This document shows positions 17,434-26,481 of a DNA stretch of 64,000 nucleotides, one piece after another. Positions within the stretch are counted from its first letter, which is position 1. The number at the start of each line of letters is the position of its first letter. Source of the DNA: an uncultured Anaerolineae bacterium (GTDB lineage: Bacteria; Chloroflexota; Anaerolineae; Aggregatilineales; J027); contig CAZXCU010000001.1 in NCBI GenBank assembly GCA_964639245.1, forward strand, positions 936,771 through 1,000,770, written 5' to 3'. The notes beneath the pieces were generated by a model. That model was not told the origin of the DNA, searched no databases, and worked only from the letters and a program-made list of their open reading frames with translations. The translations under genes were made by a program, and so were the position numbers.

Positions 17434-18570
17434 ATGTCATTATCGCGTCGGAAACTTCTTTTTACGCTTGGAATCATCTTCTCGGTGTTCGGCTGCATCA
17501 GTCTCATGGCGATGATGCCGGCCTTGAGCAGCCAATTGTTCAATCGGGTCAGTTTTAAGGACATCACATGGTCGCCACAGGGGGACAAAATCGCGTTTGC
17601 GGCGGATTTACACGACAACACCACCAGTGATTTTTTCTATACCCTGTATGTGGTCGATGCAGATGGCGAAAATTTGCGGGCAATTACCCCCTTTGGAACA
17701 TCTGTCCGCACTTACGCATGGTCGCCGGATGGGGAACGTTTGGCGGTGGTCGAGGGCATCGGCAAAGAAGTCCGTGTGTATGATACCGAAGGCAAGGTGC
17801 TGCAAACCCTCAAAATGGATGGCAACGCGGCGGGGGTGGGCTGGTCGTCGGATGGGTCACGTTTGGCGATTCTCTCTAATCTCGACAAGGAAATGCGAAT
17901 TTTGCTGGTCGAAGGGGAAAATCAGACGGAACTTTACCGCGCCCCCGAAGCTGCTTTTAGCAATCCGCAGTGGTCGCCGGATGACACACGGATTCTATTC
18001 CGCCAAGCGAATAATCTCTGGGTGGTGGAGGTAGAATCGGGGCAAGCGCAGCAGGTCGTTTCAGCCTATCAATCCGGCATGGAAAAACTCGCATGGGAAA
18101 ATTCTACGGCTTTGACATTTTATAATACAGAAGGTGTGTACCGTGTGGCGATTAATGGCGGAGAGATTGAACGGGTAGGCGCTGCACCCGAATACCAAGC
18201 AGGGGTGCTATCACCTGATCGTGAAATGAGCGCCAAAGTTGGTTGCGCGGATGCAAACGACGTTGACGAAAGTAATTTAGATATTTTCCCGTGTGAACGC
18301 CATCAACTGGAAATCAGGCAGGCTAGCAGTGGAGAACTTGAATCTAGCGTAGAAATTCGTGAAATCAAAGCCTTAGAAAACTTTGCGCTTGGATTGTCCT
18401 TGCCCGCCGCGCTGACGATTCTGGTGGTGACACTGGTAATTGCCCCTGCCTTCACGCTGCCCTATGCGATTACCCGCCAAAATTGGTTGACCCGCTTTTT
18501 TGTGATTGGTATCTTGGCCTATTATGCGCTGCTCATTCTGGGGATTGTCGTAGAGGTCGCTACACGGTAA
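17434..18570 (+). CDS. Membrane-anchored PD40/TolB-like beta-propeller protein
   Basis: N-terminal TM helix. Blade motifs WSPQGDKIAF, WSPDGERLAV, WSSDGSRLAI, WSPDDTRILF. Two C-terminal TM helices. Confidence 0.7.
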   Translation: MSLSRRKLLFTLGIIFSVFGCISLMAMMPALSSQLFNRVSFKDITWSPQGDKIAFAADLHDNTTSDFFYTLYVVDADGENLRAITPFGTSVRTYAWSPDGERLAVVEGIGKEVRVYDTEGKVLQTLKMDGNAAGVGWSSDGSRLAILSNLDKEMRILLVEGENQTELYRAPEAAFSNPQWSPDDTRILFRQANNLWVVEVESGQAQQVVSAYQSGMEKLAWENSTALTFYNTEGVYRVAINGGEIERVGAAPEYQAGVLSPDREMSAKVGCADANDVDESNLDIFPCERHQLEIRQASSGELESSVEIREIKALENFALGLSLPAALTILVVTLVIAPAFTLPYAITRQNWLTRFFVIGILAYYALLILGIVVEVATR

Positions 18571-18627
18571 AAAATTGGATAGGGGCGGGAACAAATGCGT
18601 TTAGCGAACGATTCCCGCCTGAGAGAT

Positions 18628-19134
18628 TTAATTCATCCACCAGACAGCAAAATTCAGGGCTGCTGCGAATGTCACCCATGCTAGATAAGGCACAAGTAGC
18701 ACCGATGCTGTGCGCGAAAATGGATTGAACGCCGCAATGGTCGCTGCAATTGCCACCCACAACACGCCAATTTCAATCAATGCCAACCCCGGATTTTCCA
18801 ATCCGAAAAAAATGATTGACCAGAACATATTCAGGGTCAGCTGCACCACAAACAAAATCAGCGGTGTTTTGGCACGGGCAAAACTTCCTGCTTCTTTCCA
18901 CACCAACCACGCGGCAATCCCCATTAAAGTGTAAAGGGTTGTCCATACGGGACCAAACACCCAGCGCGGCGGATTCCATGAGGGTTTATCGAGTTGGTTA
19001 TACCAGCTACCTGAACCTGTATCGGTGAACAGCCCTCCGATGAACGCGGTAGCAAAACACAGGCCAATCCAGAAGACAAGCCACGCGACCTGCTTCAAAA
19101 TATCCGGGTCGTTGCGACGACGGCTAAGTTCCAT
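18628..19134 (-). CDS. tspO: TspO/MBR family tryptophan-rich sensory protein
   Basis: WYNQLDKPSWNPPRWVFGPVWTTLYTLMGIAAWLVW plus five TM segments. Length of 168 aa is typical. Confidence 0.9.
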   Translation of the reverse strand: MELSRRRNDPDILKQVAWLVFWIGLCFATAFIGGLFTDTGSGSWYNQLDKPSWNPPRWVFGPVWTTLYTLMGIAAWLVWKEAGSFARAKTPLILFVVQLTLNMFWSIIFFGLENPGLALIEIGVLWVAIAATIAAFNPFSRTASVLLVPYLAWVTFAAALNFAVWWMN

Positions 19135-19210
19135 GCGTTTCTCTCCTATAAATTGCCTATAATAGTAAGAGTAAAATATGAACTACCCGTGAGTAACACA
19201 CTAGCAGAAT

Positions 19211-19837
19211 TTGAAAATTTGCGGGAAGGGTGAAGTGTACAAGTCTTTATTAGCTCAGTTAGGCGTGATCCTCATCGGGTTGGGATTCTTTGCCTCCTTT
19301 TATTATTTTGGTTATTGGGGTAATGGTAATACAAAAAAGTGGGTAGAATTTAGAAATATAGAATGGAGAGAAGATAAATTTCTTGTTACGGCTATTAATT
19401 TCAATGGCTCAGACTATATACGATATGATTTTACGATTAATTCTGATGGCACAGATTTGAGTCACCTCAAAGGTGAGTATCAGTCTGTTCAGTCAGTAGG
19501 TTACTTACGTTCACGCGCTGATATACCTAACAGCCCTTACAAATTTCGACGCGATTGTGGCGATATGTGTATTCGTGTTTTCCGTAAATCGGACGACAAA
19601 TTCCTGTTTAAGATAGATAGAGATGATTTGGACATCGCCGCGAAAGGCGGCAGCATCGTTGGAATCCCGACCCATAAAATTGTCTATATCCTCATCATAG
19701 TCGCAATGGTCGGCGGTGGTTTGCTGACTTTTCCTTTTGCCTATACTCACAGGTTATTATGGCTTGCCCTGATTATTTATGCCGTCTACTTATTTTTTGT
19801 GTATCGCTACCTCAGTTGGATGTTAGGCCATATTTGA
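19211..19837 (+). CDS. Hypothetical membrane protein (1 N-terminal and 2 C-terminal TM helices)
   Basis: Only the ORF-track call supports it, and the TTG start is uncertain. The coding sequence is visibly AT-rich relative to neighbours. No family recognised. Confidence 0.45.
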   Translation: MKICGKGEVYKSLLAQLGVILIGLGFFASFYYFGYWGNGNTKKWVEFRNIEWREDKFLVTAINFNGSDYIRYDFTINSDGTDLSHLKGEYQSVQSVGYLRSRADIPNSPYKFRRDCGDMCIRVFRKSDDKFLFKIDRDDLDIAAKGGSIVGIPTHKIVYILIIVAMVGGGLLTFPFAYTHRLLWLALIIYAVYLFFVYRYLSWMLGHI

Positions 19838-19866
19838 TAAGGGTTTTCTCTGCCCACATCAAAAAA

Positions 19867-20292
19867 TCAGCCTTCAATGGTTCCTTCCAACCACGGCACC
19901 CCATAGGCAAACAGCAACTTGCCCGCTTCGTACATCTCCGGCGCTAAATCGCGGGGATGTTTGTACAACCACCAGTAATCTGCATCCGGCAGCACCCGCG
20001 CCCCGAAATCTTGCCAGATGACCTCTGAGAGCGATTTTTCAACCGCCTGCGGGGTCGCAGCACGGGCGGCGGGTTGGCTGTTTTTGAGGAGTGTGATCCG
20101 AAATCGGGAAAGTTCGCTCTGGGAATGGTACAGGGTTTGAAATTCGATAAAGACGTATTCATGGTCATTGCGTTTTTTGCCATAGCGATACAACCCCCGC
20201 GCCTGCTGCATGGGATTGTTTTCAAGTTCATACTGGGCAGCAGCGAGGGCTTGTCCCAGAATGTGATGCAATACGGCGTAAAAATCAGACAT
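19867..20292 (-). CDS. Hypothetical protein
   Basis: 141-aa ORF with ATG start and no competing ORF. No motif recognised. Confidence 0.5.
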   Translation of the reverse strand: MSDFYAVLHHILGQALAAAQYELENNPMQQARGLYRYGKKRNDHEYVFIEFQTLYHSQSELSRFRITLLKNSQPAARAATPQAVEKSLSEVIWQDFGARVLPDADYWWLYKHPRDLAPEMYEAGKLLFAYGVPWLEGTIEG

Positions 20293-20376
20293 GGTTAGTA
20301 CATCCTAACTGAATGAAGAATGATGCTGTGGTAAGTTTAGTAAAACGTCTTTTAAAAATTATTTAGGAAAATTCCA

Positions 20377-20883
20377 ATGGCTGACCCCTTGAAAGGCGAC
20401 AATTACGACGCGCATTTCAATTTTGATGAAGGCATCGCCTATATTACGTACAAAGGCACGCTCACACCAGAGGCCACCGAAGCCGTTTATACATGGCTGC
20501 GCGAATCGCTGCAAAATGCCCCGCCGGAGGCACTTGCACAGGGCAGAATCAAAGGTGGTATTTTTGATTTTAGCCAGGTGCAGGATTTTGCCCCGCCCAA
20601 TTTGCCGGTTGCCCAGCGCAAGGGACGCAAATTCCGCCGCGAGATGAATCGGGTCATTATCAATATTCCCGCCGCCATGGTGGTGAAATCGCCCTATCAA
20701 GAAGCGATGGTCTGGGCTTCGGTCAAACTTGCCAAGCAGGAAAATGACCCGCGTGTGAACGTGGTGAAATCGCTCGAAGCTGCCAAAGCCTTCATCGCCA
20801 AGTGGCACGCCGAACGCACCACACAGGAAAAACTGCCGCTCATTGTGATTGAAAACGAGGAGGACGACTCGGCTCTGGTTTGA
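20377..20883 (+). CDS. Hypothetical protein, possibly STAS/SpoIIAA-like fold
   Basis: 168-aa ORF with ATG start. Loose pattern similarity to the small proteins at 56425..57203. Acidic C-terminal tail. Assignment is weak. Confidence 0.45.
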   Translation: MADPLKGDNYDAHFNFDEGIAYITYKGTLTPEATEAVYTWLRESLQNAPPEALAQGRIKGGIFDFSQVQDFAPPNLPVAQRKGRKFRREMNRVIINIPAAMVVKSPYQEAMVWASVKLAKQENDPRVNVVKSLEAAKAFIAKWHAERTTQEKLPLIVIENEEDDSALV

Positions 20884-20896
20884 ATAATCGCATGGG

Positions 20897-20930
20897 GAAA
20901 AAATCGGGCAGGTCGGGGTTGGCCTGCCCG
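20897..20930 (-). terminator. Rho-independent terminator (minus strand; may act on both convergent genes)
   Basis: Stem CGGGCAGG (20905-20912) / CCTGCCCG (20923-20930). The minus-strand reading is followed by ATTTTTTCCCC. Confidence 0.7.
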
Positions 20931-20955
20931 TTAATGATAGGCTATGGGGGGATGT

Positions 20956-21156
20956 TTAGTTGCCACTGTCATTGAGTTTTTGAAAAACCCAATACGCGAA
21001 CCAGATTGCCCCACCCAGTACCAGAATGGTCACTAACAAAGACACAATCGCCTTCACAAGCGGTAGGATAATGGTCACGGTCAAAAATAGGGCGACCAGC
21101 GCCAGCACCGCGAAAACGGCGATTTGCCCGAGACTGTATTTTTCTTGCTTTGCCAT
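20956..21156 (-). CDS. Small two-TM membrane protein (66 aa)
   Basis: ATG 21156 is preceded by AGGAG at about 8 nt; ORF-track start 21210 is an extension. Sequence MAKQEKYSLGQIAVFAVLALVALFLTV...AIWFAYWVF. Confidence 0.6.
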   Translation of the reverse strand: MAKQEKYSLGQIAVFAVLALVALFLTVTIILPLVKAIVSLLVTILVLGGAIWFAYWVFQKLNDSGN

Positions 21157-21381
21157 GATGTAGCACTCCTGTTGATTGTTGTTTCTATTCATGTATACGC
21201 AAACTCTCACGCAGGGTTGCTACGGTTGGGGTGGGTTATGAAACGAAAACGCTGCCAACGCCACAAAGGCAATCAATAAAATGATTAAACTTTCCATTGT
21301 CGCACCTCACAATCTCATCCTTTAAAACCCCCTTGCACGCCGAAAGTGGTAAACTCTTGCCAAAATTGGGTGAAATGTGTG

Positions 21382-23214
21382 ATGCGGTTTTCCGAACGTT
21401 ATAATTTTTTGCTCCCGCGTTACTGGTTTGGGCAAGTGGATAGCCGCCCCTTGAGTGTCTTTCGCATCGTGTTTGCGCTACTGCTGCTCAAAGTGGCGCT
21501 CTATCAACTCCCCAATGCTTACTGGTTTTACAGCGATCAAGGCATTAGTCCACGTAGCACGATGTTCGAGGGACTTCTCCGTGAAAACCGCTTTTCGCTG
21601 ATGGATGCAATTGCCGCGCCGTTCATGGCACAGGGATTTTTTATGGTGTGGGCGGTGGTGCTGGTGGGGTTCCTGATTGGCTACCGCACGCGCACGATGA
21701 GCATTTTGAATTTTATTTTTTTGCTGTCCATCCACGAACGGAATTTATATGTGGTTGATGGTTCGGATAATGTGATGCGGGTCACGGCTTTCTGGTGCAT
21801 GTTCATCCCACTTGCCCAATATTATTCGGTGGATGCGGTGCGAACACGCTGGAAACGCTACTGCCGCAGCCAGAATCCGGCTGATTTACGTGTCCCGGAG
21901 CAACCCCGGCGCGTATTTGCCTTTCCGGTGCGGATGCTCCAACTTCAGATTGGCCTGATTTATTTATTCACTTTTATTTTGAAACTACCCGGCAACGCAT
22001 GGAAAGAGGGCGAAGCGCTGTTTTATGCGTTGCAGTTGCAATCCCTGACTCTGCCAACCGGCGATTGGGTGCTGGCGAATTTTCCTTTTGAACTTTTGCG
22101 GCTCATGTCCTATGGTGCGCTGGGGATTGAAGGGGTATTTTTTGTTTTTGTTTTTATCCCCATCTTCCAACCCTATCTGCGTATTTTAGGGCTGACTTTG
22201 GGCTTTTTGCTGCATTTCGGCATCGGGGTGTTGATGTCTGTTCCGAATTTTTCGATGCTCATGCCCGCGACCTATCTTGTCTTTTTTATGCCCGAATGGA
22301 TTGAAAAAATTGACCAGCAATTACGCCTGCCGCGCCAACAGTTGTTGATGCCCTTGCCTAAAAACAACAGTCCTCTCTGGCTGCTGCTGGCGGTGACAAA
22401 ACCCGCCGAAATCGAATTTGTGACCGAAGTCAAAACGGAAAAATGGTGGTTTGCCGATGCCCAGAAGCACACCTATCAAGGGGAAAATGCGTGGCGTGAA
22501 ATGGCTGCCCATCTGCCCTTGAGCCGTCTCTGGAGTGGGGTGCTAAAATTCAAATGGGTACAAACCTGTCTCTGGAATCTCTTTGTCCATTTTGCACCGT
22601 CTGCGCCGACGCCCGTCAAATTTCATCAGGAAGTGGGTGAAATCCCGCCGGCTTATCGGCTGCGCTGGGAGATTGTCTCTAAAACGCTGCTGGTGCTGTT
22701 GTTGGGCGGGTTAATGCTGCTGGTGATTCGCTGGAATCTCACGTCAGTACACAAAAACAATCAACCCTTGATGGCTGAATTACAGGGTGTGCCACAGGCC
22801 ATTGTGCAGTATACGGGCTTGTGGCAGTCGTGGAATATGTTTTCGCCCTATCCATCGACGGTGGATGGTTGGGTGCAGATTCCCGGTGTGTTTGAGGATG
22901 GCACGCGCTACGATTTGCTGACAGAAGCGCCTTTGAATAACAAAATGAAGCGCTGGTATTTTGGGCCGGGGATGCGCTGGAAAAAATATGAGGAAAATCT
23001 CAATAACTCCGCCCTTGTTGCGCTGTTAAAGGCATGGGGCGGGTATTATTGCCGTGTCTATAATACCGACCAAGCATTGCCAGAAGGGGAACGACTGGCA
23101 ACGCTGGAAATTCATTTTATCTGGCGTTCGTCCTATGCCCCCAACCAACCTAAAAATGATTGGCAAACCCGTATCCTGTGGAAACATTGGTGCTATGGTC
23201 AATATGCGTACTAA
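21382..23214 (+). CDS. HTTM domain-containing membrane protein
   Basis: ATG 21382. LSVFRIVFALLLLKVALYQLPNAYWFY plus multiple TM helices over about 330 aa, as in HTTM (gamma-carboxylase-related) domains. A roughly 280-aa C-terminal domain is of unknown family. Confidence 0.7.
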   Translation: MRFSERYNFLLPRYWFGQVDSRPLSVFRIVFALLLLKVALYQLPNAYWFYSDQGISPRSTMFEGLLRENRFSLMDAIAAPFMAQGFFMVWAVVLVGFLIGYRTRTMSILNFIFLLSIHERNLYVVDGSDNVMRVTAFWCMFIPLAQYYSVDAVRTRWKRYCRSQNPADLRVPEQPRRVFAFPVRMLQLQIGLIYLFTFILKLPGNAWKEGEALFYALQLQSLTLPTGDWVLANFPFELLRLMSYGALGIEGVFFVFVFIPIFQPYLRILGLTLGFLLHFGIGVLMSVPNFSMLMPATYLVFFMPEWIEKIDQQLRLPRQQLLMPLPKNNSPLWLLLAVTKPAEIEFVTEVKTEKWWFADAQKHTYQGENAWREMAAHLPLSRLWSGVLKFKWVQTCLWNLFVHFAPSAPTPVKFHQEVGEIPPAYRLRWEIVSKTLLVLLLGGLMLLVIRWNLTSVHKNNQPLMAELQGVPQAIVQYTGLWQSWNMFSPYPSTVDGWVQIPGVFEDGTRYDLLTEAPLNNKMKRWYFGPGMRWKKYEENLNNSALVALLKAWGGYYCRVYNTDQALPEGERLATLEIHFIWRSSYAPNQPKNDWQTRILWKHWCYGQYAY

Positions 23215-23251
23215 CGTTTGGCAAGCGCACTGGTATCCACGAAGAAATTAC

Positions 23252-23563
23252 TCAAAATTCGCCTCTATCTTCGTCAATGAGTTCCTTAGATGGGCGTGCA
23301 TGAGCGGGCAATTTGCCAATACTCATTCTGTCTATCAGTGTAAGCGGAACAAATCCAACAGGCGCTTGATGGGCGGTACTTAATGCGCCCACAGCAATAA
23401 ACTTTGCGCGTGCAGTTTCGGTTGCTGGATTAGATAGTTTATCAATCGATTTTTGGGATGCACGAATGGTTAATTCAACTTCGCCCGTGGGTGTATCGGG
23501 GGGTAAATCAATGATTAATCGGCGGTCTTCTCCGATAACTGCTGAAAGGGTAACGCTATCCAT
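23252..23563 (-). CDS. Small antitoxin-like hypothetical protein (no partner toxin)
   Basis: N-terminal GEDRRLIIDLPPDTPTGEVELTI and C-terminal PSKELIDEDRGEF resemble small VapB-like antitoxins. It starts 11 nt after glk. The next gene is convergent. Confidence 0.4.
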   Translation of the reverse strand: MDSVTLSAVIGEDRRLIIDLPPDTPTGEVELTIRASQKSIDKLSNPATETARAKFIAVGALSTAHQAPVGFVPLTLIDRMSIGKLPAHARPSKELIDEDRGEF

Positions 23564-23574
23564 GCAATGTACTC

Positions 23575-24546
23575 CTACATATCCAACGCATAACAGGCTG
23601 CGCCAAACAGGGCCGTTTTATCATTCAGAATAACATACACCGGAATCTTGGAGAGCATTTCGCTAAAACGCCCTTTGTTGACAAAGGCCGCCATGAACGT
23701 GCCATCTTTGAGTTTTTCGACAATCCGTGGCGGAATCCCACCCCCCAGATAAACACCCCCGCGTGCCAGCAGATTCAAAGCCATGTTGCCCGCTTCAGCC
23801 CCCAGAATGGAGACAAACACATTGAGCGCTTCCACACAAATTTCACATTCCATTTTCAAGGCCGATTGCACAATAATCGGGGTGCGGTCTTCAGCGATGT
23901 CTAATTTTTGGGCGACATCATGGTTGTAGCGCATGTGCGACTGGGTGCGGAGAAAATCATAAATGTGGGGGATGCCGATGCCCGAACACACCCGTTCATA
24001 ACTGACATGTTCAAATTTGCCCATCATGTAACGCAGCAGTTCCAGCAAAAAAAGATTATGCGGGGCAAAATCAGTATGTCCGCCTTCGCTGGCGCTGGCA
24101 ATATACTTTCCGTTGTGGGCGAACAAAACTGCTTCCCCCAAGCCGGTGCCGGGGGCGATGACCACCTTGTTGCTGTCCAAATCGGGCGCTTGGTCATTCA
24201 GCGCGAATAAGTCATCCGCCGACAGATGGGGCAGACCATAGGCTGTTGCTTCTAAATCATTCAACAGCTTGACCGCTTCGACCTGCAATTTTTGACCGAC
24301 TTTTTGCTCATTAATGAACCACGGCAGGTTGGTAATCCGTGCTTCGCCATCATTCACTGGCCCCGGCACCCCCACCACAACTTTTTCTAAGGTTTTTACA
24401 CCCGTTTCCAGCATAAAAGTCTGAATAATATCTTCAAGATGAGGATAATCGTCGCTCACAAAAACTTTTTCGACCTGTGGCGTGGTTGTCCCATCATAAA
24501 TTGCCAATCGGGTTTTTGTACCACCCACATCACCCGCGAGAATCAT
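23575..24546 (-). CDS. glk: Glucokinase
   Basis: MILAGDVGGTKTRLAIY phosphate-binding motif. Length (323 aa) and overall pattern fit Glk-type glucokinases. Confidence 0.8.
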   Translation of the reverse strand: MILAGDVGGTKTRLAIYDGTTTPQVEKVFVSDDYPHLEDIIQTFMLETGVKTLEKVVVGVPGPVNDGEARITNLPWFINEQKVGQKLQVEAVKLLNDLEATAYGLPHLSADDLFALNDQAPDLDSNKVVIAPGTGLGEAVLFAHNGKYIASASEGGHTDFAPHNLFLLELLRYMMGKFEHVSYERVCSGIGIPHIYDFLRTQSHMRYNHDVAQKLDIAEDRTPIIVQSALKMECEICVEALNVFVSILGAEAGNMALNLLARGGVYLGGGIPPRIVEKLKDGTFMAAFVNKGRFSEMLSKIPVYVILNDKTALFGAACYALDM

Positions 24547-24647
24547 GTCAACATCCTTTTCTATTTGTGTTTAATTGTAACGCGCTTTGACACCGCTTAC
24601 CTGACCATTTCGTGGTTTGCTGCTCTGTCCTTCATAGAATAAATGTC

Positions 24648-25685
24648 ATGAGAATCTTGCACATTTATCATGATTTCTGGCCTCGCGGCGGAATCGAAGA
24701 TGTTTTACGAACACTCGTCTTTTCCCAAGCAGACAACGGGCATGAAGTGATGGTGTTGACCGCTCATGATTCCCCTGCAACCCGCGACGAAGTTATAAAG
24801 GGTGTGCGGATTATCTACGCGGCATCTGTCGGACGGGTTTATATGCCCTTTTGCCCGTCGTGGCCTCTGTGGATTCAAAAGTTGAAACCGGAGATTGTGC
24901 ATTTGCATCTGCCCTGTCCATTTGGGGAATGGGCGGTGGCAGTGACTGCGGGATATAAGCTGGTTGTTTCGCTGCACAATGAATATGTGCGTCCGCGTTG
25001 GGCGCTGCCTTTTCATCTTCCTCTCCACCGTCATCTTTTACGCCGGGCGAATGCCATCTGTGTTTCCTCACAGGATTACGCGGAGACTTCCCTCTTTTTG
25101 CAGAATGTTGCCGCTAAAGTACATATTGTTCCCTACGGCATTGATTTGACCCGATATTTTCCTTCTCCCGATGCAAAACCCTCATCAAACGTGCTTTGGG
25201 CAGGACGATTCACTTATTACAAAGGGTTGGATGTTTTGATGGCTGCCGCGCCGATGATTCATGCCCCTGTTGATCTTGTCGGGCAGGGTAAATCACGCCC
25301 GCAAGCTGCCAGTTCAAACGTGTGTTTCCGGGGAAGTATTTCCGAAGAAGCGCTTATTCAAAAAATGCAGACAAGTCGTGTGTTTGTGTTTCCTTCCACT
25401 GAACGGGCGGAGGCATTTGGCCTCTCTCAACTCAAAGCGATGGCCTGCGGGCTGCCCGTAGTGAGCAGCAATTTAGCGGGGGTGCGCTGGGTGAATCGGG
25501 CTGGTTTGCAGGTGCCGGTGCGGGACGCTGCTGCGTTGGCGCACGCCGTCAACCGACTGCTACACGATGACACCCTTCATCAACGAATATCCTCTGAATC
25601 TATACAGTGGGCGCAGCAGTTCACCCTTGACCGGATGGTGCAAAAAATAGATGAGGTTTACACATGGGGATTAAAAATATCCTGA
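24648..25685 (+). CDS. Glycosyltransferase family 4 (GT-B)
   Basis: ATG 24648 (MRILHIYHDFWPRGG). C-terminal FPSTERAEAFGLSQLKAMACGLPVV is typical of GT4 enzymes. Confidence 0.8.
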   Translation: MRILHIYHDFWPRGGIEDVLRTLVFSQADNGHEVMVLTAHDSPATRDEVIKGVRIIYAASVGRVYMPFCPSWPLWIQKLKPEIVHLHLPCPFGEWAVAVTAGYKLVVSLHNEYVRPRWALPFHLPLHRHLLRRANAICVSSQDYAETSLFLQNVAAKVHIVPYGIDLTRYFPSPDAKPSSNVLWAGRFTYYKGLDVLMAAAPMIHAPVDLVGQGKSRPQAASSNVCFRGSISEEALIQKMQTSRVFVFPSTERAEAFGLSQLKAMACGLPVVSSNLAGVRWVNRAGLQVPVRDAAALAHAVNRLLHDDTLHQRISSESIQWAQQFTLDRMVQKIDEVYTWGLKIS

Positions 25686-26470
25686 CGTTTGACGTAGAGG
25701 ACTGGTTTCACGGGTTTGAAATTCCAATGGCAAAGTGGCCCCACTATGAAAATCGGCTGACGGTGGGTCTCAACCGGATTTTGGAATTATTAGGAGAGAC
25801 CCACGCCACTTTTTTTGTGCTGGGCAAACTTGCGGAAGAATACCCTGAGATCGTGCAGCTTTTAAGCCACCATGAGATCGGTACACATGGTTGGAGTCAT
25901 ACGCCTGTATATCGGCAAACGCCAGCCCGATTTCGTAGAGAATTATGTCATTCAATCGAAGTGCTGCGGGAATTAAGCGGCAAAGCCATTTTGGGGCATC
26001 GGGCTGCTTTTTTCTCAATCACACAGGCTTCTCTCTGGGCGCTGGAGATACTGGAGGAAGCCGGGATTCGCTACGATTCTAGTATTTTTCCCGTTAAAAA
26101 TTATCGCTATGGAATTCCCCAAGCACATCGTTTTCCGCATCAGATAGGGGCATTATGGGAATTTCCACCTTCGACACTGGTTCTTGGACGGGTAAATGTG
26201 CCATTTAGTGGAGGATTTTATGCCCGATTCTGGCCTTACCCTCTCCTGAAACATGCCATTCAACATCTAAACAAACAGGGACAGCCCGCAATTGTTTATT
26301 TTCATCCTTGGGAATTTGACAGACATCACCCCCGCATTCGTCACGAATCGCATTGGTTAGCTAAAACAACCCATTATCACGGGTTACATCGGTCAGAAAG
26401 CGTATTAAAAGCGCTCTTGCATGATTTTGAATGGCAACCGATGCGTAGTTCCCCCCTCTTTGGTTGTTAA
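25664..26470 (+). CDS. Polysaccharide deacetylase family protein (DUF3473-type)
   Basis: ILTFDVEDWFHG opening and HGWSH motif. Overlaps the GT4 gene by 22 nt, suggesting an operon. Confidence 0.75.
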   Translation: MGIKNILTFDVEDWFHGFEIPMAKWPHYENRLTVGLNRILELLGETHATFFVLGKLAEEYPEIVQLLSHHEIGTHGWSHTPVYRQTPARFRRELCHSIEVLRELSGKAILGHRAAFFSITQASLWALEILEEAGIRYDSSIFPVKNYRYGIPQAHRFPHQIGALWEFPPSTLVLGRVNVPFSGGFYARFWPYPLLKHAIQHLNKQGQPAIVYFHPWEFDRHHPRIRHESHWLAKTTHYHGLHRSESVLKALLHDFEWQPMRSSPLFGC

Positions 26471-26481
26471 TCTGGTGACAG

